Shown here: positions 58,659 through 64,000 of the stretch, in pieces
Layout of the letters: every line of letters starts with the position of its first letter
How positions within the stretch are numbered: position 1 is the first letter of the stretch
DNA from: an uncultured Hormoscilla sp.
Lineage (GTDB): Bacteria > Cyanobacteriota > Cyanobacteriia > Cyanobacteriales > Desertifilaceae
Assembly: GCA_963921275.4 (NCBI GenBank)
Contig: OZ001293.3
Coordinates: 6,624,001-6,688,000, forward strand
DNA length: 64,000 nt
Direction of reading: 5' to 3'
The notes under the pieces: model-generated
The model's database searches: none
Told to the model about the DNA's origin: nothing
The model's input: the letters and a program-made list of their open reading frames with translations, nothing else
Translations under genes and position numbers: made by a program

Positions 58659-59198
58659 ATGAGCGTGAGAATATACGGCAACCGCCAATTAAAAACCTTA
58701 CCCGGACAAGCAACCCGACCGACAACAGGACGGGTGCGGGAGGCATTATTTAATATCTGGCAGGGTAAAATAGCTGGTTGTAGGTGGTTAGATTTATGTG
58801 CTGGGAACGGTTCAATGGGTGCCGAAGCTTTGTGTCGGGGGGCCGCCTGGGTGGTGGGAATTGAAAAGTCCTCTCGCCCTTGCAGTATTATCCGCCAAAA
58901 TTGGCAAATGGTGGCATCTGATGCAGAACTATTTCAAGTATTGCGCGGAGATGTAGTCCAGCAGTTGGAAAAACTGGCCGGACAACAGTTTGATCGCATC
59001 TATTTCGATCCCCCTTATGAAAGCGATCTATATCAACCAGTCTTGGAGGCGATCGGCCATTACCAGATCTTAGCACCCAGCGGCGAGATGGCAGTCGAAC
59101 ATAATTCGGAGCGATCGCCCTTTGCGGGAAATGAGACCTTAGAAATTTGTCGCCAGAAGGTTTATGGCAATACCGGTTTAACTTTCTACCAAGGGTAG
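58659..59198 (+). CDS. rsmD: 16S rRNA m2G966 methyltransferase
   Basis: TRPT..RVREALFNI, LDLCAG.G, FDPPY. Confidence 0.93.
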   Translation: MSVRIYGNRQLKTLPGQATRPTTGRVREALFNIWQGKIAGCRWLDLCAGNGSMGAEALCRGAAWVVGIEKSSRPCSIIRQNWQMVASDAELFQVLRGDVVQQLEKLAGQQFDRIYFDPPYESDLYQPVLEAIGHYQILAPSGEMAVEHNSERSPFAGNETLEICRQKVYGNTGLTFYQG

Positions 59199-59278
59199 GG
59201 CAGAACTGACTTAAAGCAGCAGCTAGCAATCCCCCCGCCCCTTATGAGATGAAGATCACTTCCTCCAAACCCGGTTTC

Positions 59279-59623
59279 TTATACGGGAGATTTAACCCCC
59301 GGCGGGCGATCGGGAAAACTGCCAGTTCTCAATTCTAACCAACGTTTGAGCGACTTCTGACTTTCTCCTGACGGGTGACCGAGAATGATATTCTTGATAC
59401 TAATATCTTCATCTAGGTCAGGCCAGTGTATTCCCTCCTTACTAGCTGTTAATCGCCAATTATTGCGTTCTTCCTGCGAGCCATGCAAGAGCCGAGGATA
59501 CCACGCTAAGGGCACAGAAATTATTCGATCGTCCGACAGATTTACTGTTAACGAATCATCTGTAACTGCCACTTGCTGTACTTGGGAAATTTTCAGTGTG
59601 TCAATCATTATTGAAGAAGTCAT
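59279..59623 (-). CDS. DUF2442 protein (putative TA partner)
   Basis: VPLAWYPRL, GIHWPDLDEDIS. Confidence 0.85.
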   Translation of the reverse strand: MTSSIMIDTLKISQVQQVAVTDDSLTVNLSDDRIISVPLAWYPRLLHGSQEERNNWRLTASKEGIHWPDLDEDISIKNIILGHPSGESQKSLKRWLELRTGSFPDRPPGVKSPV

Positions 59624-59840
59624 ACCAGCCCTCCAGTAACTGATTTTGGTACTCTTCAACTAGCTTCTGAATGCGATTTATTTCTTTAGCGGAAAATCCT
59701 TTGTTATCTTGCAAGCGGACTGGACTGAGCCAGAACTTGGCCTCTTTGTCATCACGCTCAACATGAATATGAGGTGGCTCTTCCCGATCGCCGGCATAGC
59801 AAAAGAAACGGCACGGTCCTAGCCGAAGTAAGCTTGGCAT
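59601..59840 (-). CDS. DUF4160 protein (putative TA partner)
   Basis: RFF.Y..D..EPPHIHV, AKFWL.PV. Confidence 0.85.
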   Translation of the reverse strand: MPSLLRLGPCRFFCYAGDREEPPHIHVERDDKEAKFWLSPVRLQDNKGFSAKEINRIQKLVEEYQNQLLEGWYDFFNND

Positions 59841-60239
59841 TCAAAATGATAGTTACGAGAATTTCATTCTAGCCCAATAGGAGGCACCCGCGCCAACCCT
59901 CAGTCAGTCGAACTCCGCAGCAAGGAAACTAGGGCGACTCCCGTCAGTTCACCGACCACCAACCATGCTATAGCCAAACCCAGTACATCTCCCAGAAAAA
60001 AGTTCGTCGCCAGGCGCAACATGCCCCCTACACCCCATCCGATCGCCAGACCTATGGCCCAACTTACTGTACTTACCAATGTCCACAACCAAGCCCGAAG
60101 CACTTTCTGACTGATTACCAACCATTGTAGCGGTCCCAGCCAACATCCGATCTGCACCCCGTCCCCAAACCCAAATATTAATCTCAAAGGAATTTGCATA
60201 GTTTGCGGTACCACCCACCCCAAGGCCCCAAGATCGCTA

Positions 60240-60603
60240 GCCTTAATGTATCCCCTCCCGATCTGGCCCAACTCAGTAGAGGTTCCTGATACCTCTCCGT
60301 AACTTGCTTGGCGACCTTATTGGGATAAAAAGTATAACCTCGATTCCAAACTACAGGATATACTGTGTTAAAGTTGAGTTGGGACAGTTGCCCGATCGCC
60401 CGGTTAATGCCCCAAGGGGAAAATAGCACGCCACTGCTAACATTAGTTAACCAGACTCCTCTGATCTCGGGCGCTGGCTGCACCTCAACAGGACCCTTCG
60501 TCACCGACGGTGGCAGGGGCGAGTCCTGGATTAATACTGCCAGTGCGATCGCCAGACCCAGGCAGTAGAAATAAATCAACCATGACTGCCCTCTATTATA
60601 CAT
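60240..60603 (-). pseudogene. GHL10 glycosyl hydrolase-like N-terminal fragment, joined to a membrane-protein fragment (59900-60271)
   Basis: EIRGVWLTNV, FNTVYPVVWNRGYT. Confidence 0.7.
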
Positions 60604-60743
60604 AAAAAATCTCCTTCCTTTAAGCGTCAGGTTCGTAGTAAGCACTTCGATGCACTGCGCTACTCGCACTACCCCTCGCGCATCGAAGCGTGCTTCCCTC
60701 ACTCTCGTTCGTAGTAATAACTTTTCATCCCACAGTTGCTAGA

Positions 60744-61638
60744 TCAAATGCGTTCGTGGCGATTGGCCATTTCATCCTCTGAAAGGATATCTTCTACTTC
60801 GCGACCAAAGAAGATCGTTTTCAATGCTACCTTCTCCGGCTCTGTTAACTCCGGCGTAGCATCCACTATATCAAACCAACTACTGTATTGATGCCAACAA
60901 TTGTGAAATCGCTCGAAAAAGTCCTCAATATTCAGGTTGCCATCCGCTTCTATAAGTACAAACCCCAGCGGTTCCATAAGATAAAGCTGGCGCAGCACCC
61001 GATCGCGTTCATCTCCCTCATGGGGTTCGCTCACAATATGGTGCAGAGAGTACGTTAATGGCTACCTTGCCTCCAAAGCGCGATCGCAAATCCTGCCACT
61101 CTGCAAAAGTTAAATCTTCAGCACACTTATTTATCCCTATGTAATCTACTTCAAATGGCAGATTTTTACTGACATTTTTAATCGCTTCCCCCGCTGCTTT
61201 CATGCTGTCTGCTACAGGTTCTAGTCCTAAACAAGTGAATTTATGCGGGGGATTATCTGTTTTTCCCACCATTTCCATCACCGCGATCGCCTGATTTCCC
61301 TTACCCAGCCCCAGATCCAGATAAGCAACTTCAGATAAATTGCTTTCTGTAATGTAACGCGCTCGCACCTGGTTACCAATTTCGTATGCTTTTTTCCATG
61401 CTGGTAGTTTAGCAAAAGCATCAAATATATCTATATGAGATTGGTCATCATCTTTACCAAAATAGATGTTGCCTTGCTCGATATAGTCGAAATCAAGTTT
61501 CTTCTTCAATGCATCAGCAAAGATGTACTCCCTTGTCTGGGTGTTGCGATCGTATTCTAGACTGTGAAGCAGATGATAAGCAGTACGGACACTACCTTCC
61601 TGCAAATGCTGCACGACCTCAAATAGTGGATGTGGCAT
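60744..61638 (-). pseudogene. Bacterial GRAS-domain protein, frameshifted and truncated
   Basis: YLDLGLGKGNQ, ERF..CW..Y...FD, FFGREVEDIL, RHER. Confidence 0.7.
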
Positions 61639-62045
61639 ATTTGATTCCCGATCGCGTAGCGTGCGCGCAGCGCATTCTTAGCTAACTTTTCCTTTTCTCT
61701 CGTTTCTCTCGTTGCCAGGTAGAACCTGGCAACGATTATCTGGAGGCTCCCGCCTCCAATCAGCGCATCCATGCCAATTCAAGTATGGTAACATGGGCTA
61801 TCGATGCTCTCTGGGAATAGCGATCTCGCGACGATGGTACAGGCGAAACTAGAGGCTCTGCCTCTATTAGCCGTTCCCAGCCTGAGACTGGGAACGAGGG
61901 TAGTCAACGAAGCATGGATTAAACGCTTTCTATATAAGGTTTTCAGTCGATTTTCAACCGACTTCAGCTATTAGCCGTGGGTTTGAATCCACGGCGGGCC
62001 AGGAGACCAATTGAGAATGGTGCAAGATCTCACTTGTACGTGACT

Positions 62046-63071
<1,026 letters not shown>

Positions 63072-63512
63072 CTAACCTCCTTGAGTAATGTTTTTGCAGA
63101 CTCTCCTCCTAAGGACAAGAGTGCTCTAGATTTATATGCTCTCAACAATCTATCATGCTCTCTGCCTTACGCCCACAAATACATAAAATTTTTAGGATCT
63201 CCCTTTCGTGACAATACCTCAAGAGGCGAAATTACCCCCAGGCGTTTGGTTGTACGAACACCACGAGTTTCGACAAGTTCCGATAGAGGATCTACCCCGA
63301 TGGAAAGAAGCGGGCGTTATGCAATGGTCCCCTGGGGATATGGAAGTATTGGAAGCGCTGACGCACGCTACGCTGCTAGCGCGATCGCTGCGCTTCCGAT
63401 CGGAGATATTACTCTAGCGGAAATTATAGAGTCAGCACGAGAAGCCATCTACAGTCCGAAACACCGGTAATATCTACAACCAATCTACCCACAATTATCA
63501 TAGAAACGGAAT

Positions 63513-63566
63513 ATTCGTGCTCAGACACAGAGTATTCGTGCTCAGACACAGAGTATTCGTGCTCAG
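63513..63566. repeat. 21-bp tandem repeat (tattcgtgctcagacacagag) about 2.6x
   Basis: Direct inspection. Confidence 0.8.
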
Positions 63567-63927
63567 GCGTCGTGTAGGGCCGGTAGATATAAAAGACCGC
63601 TTTTCAGCAAGTGATTCATTTCGTATACGAATCGTAGACGAAGAAAGCCAGCGTCGGAGGAAACCTGCTGGGGTATGAGGTTGCGAAATATGGGTTAAAT
63701 TGAAAAACACCCAACTCCGACGGTATATTAGCAAATAAATTTGATAATTTCCGTAAAATATGTTTTAATGACTGTAGTTAAAGCAGGAAATGTTACCAAT
63801 GTCGCCGGTAACCAACACTTGAGTTATAATAAACAAACGTGCCACTCGTTCCGGCGTAAGTCAGAAATATGACGATAGTCGGGCTAGTATTACACCAGCA
63901 CCTCAAAATCAATTCAGCAACCAAAAA

Positions 63928-64000
63928 ATGAAGCATAAATCTTTTACCAACACCATCGTAGTAGTGGATGCCTCCCTAGAAAACTACCAGCAGCTTATAG
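63928..64000 (+). CDS. Start of probable DUF4347-domain protein (runs off window)
   Basis: MKHKSFTNTIVVVDASLENYQQLI. Confidence 0.5.
   Translation, partial: MKHKSFTNTIVVVDASLENYQQLI

Noticed and set aside
63513..63566. Possible CRISPR or iteron array
   Set aside because: Simple 21-bp head-to-tail repeat with no spacers and no rep gene

Overview
Cyanobacterial DNA: HIP1 GCGATCGC is abundant, and btpA, VKOR-Trx, gap1 and a long-type pyk are present. The genome looks eroded and full of mobile elements. The first 15 kb is a mobile-element pile with 7 group II introns plus IS1, IS630, ISKra4-like and IS5-like elements. It includes a four-intron nest at 6135-12006 whose junctions can be rebuilt to the base. 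An eighth, ORF-less intron at 45012-45846 is almost identical to one nest member and splits a pentapeptide-repeat gene in frame. The ORF-less family has copy-specific EBS1 loops matching each target, and non-AY 3' ends supported by gamma-gamma' covariation. At 16.7-23.5 kb a six-gene operon lies between VKOR and btpA: divergent SHMT-like enzyme, two methyltransferases, class III aminotransferase, NAD(P) oxidoreductase and a gamma-butyrobetaine-dioxygenase-like enzyme. It looks like an uncharacterised methylated-amine/betaine pathway. Also present are btaAB betaine-lipid genes, a bacterial GRAS-domain gene, several TA modules, a triplicated coiled-coil gene, tiny hairpin insertions with compensatory base changes, and many pseudogenes. 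All calls are by eye from sequence and motif recall; no searches were run.
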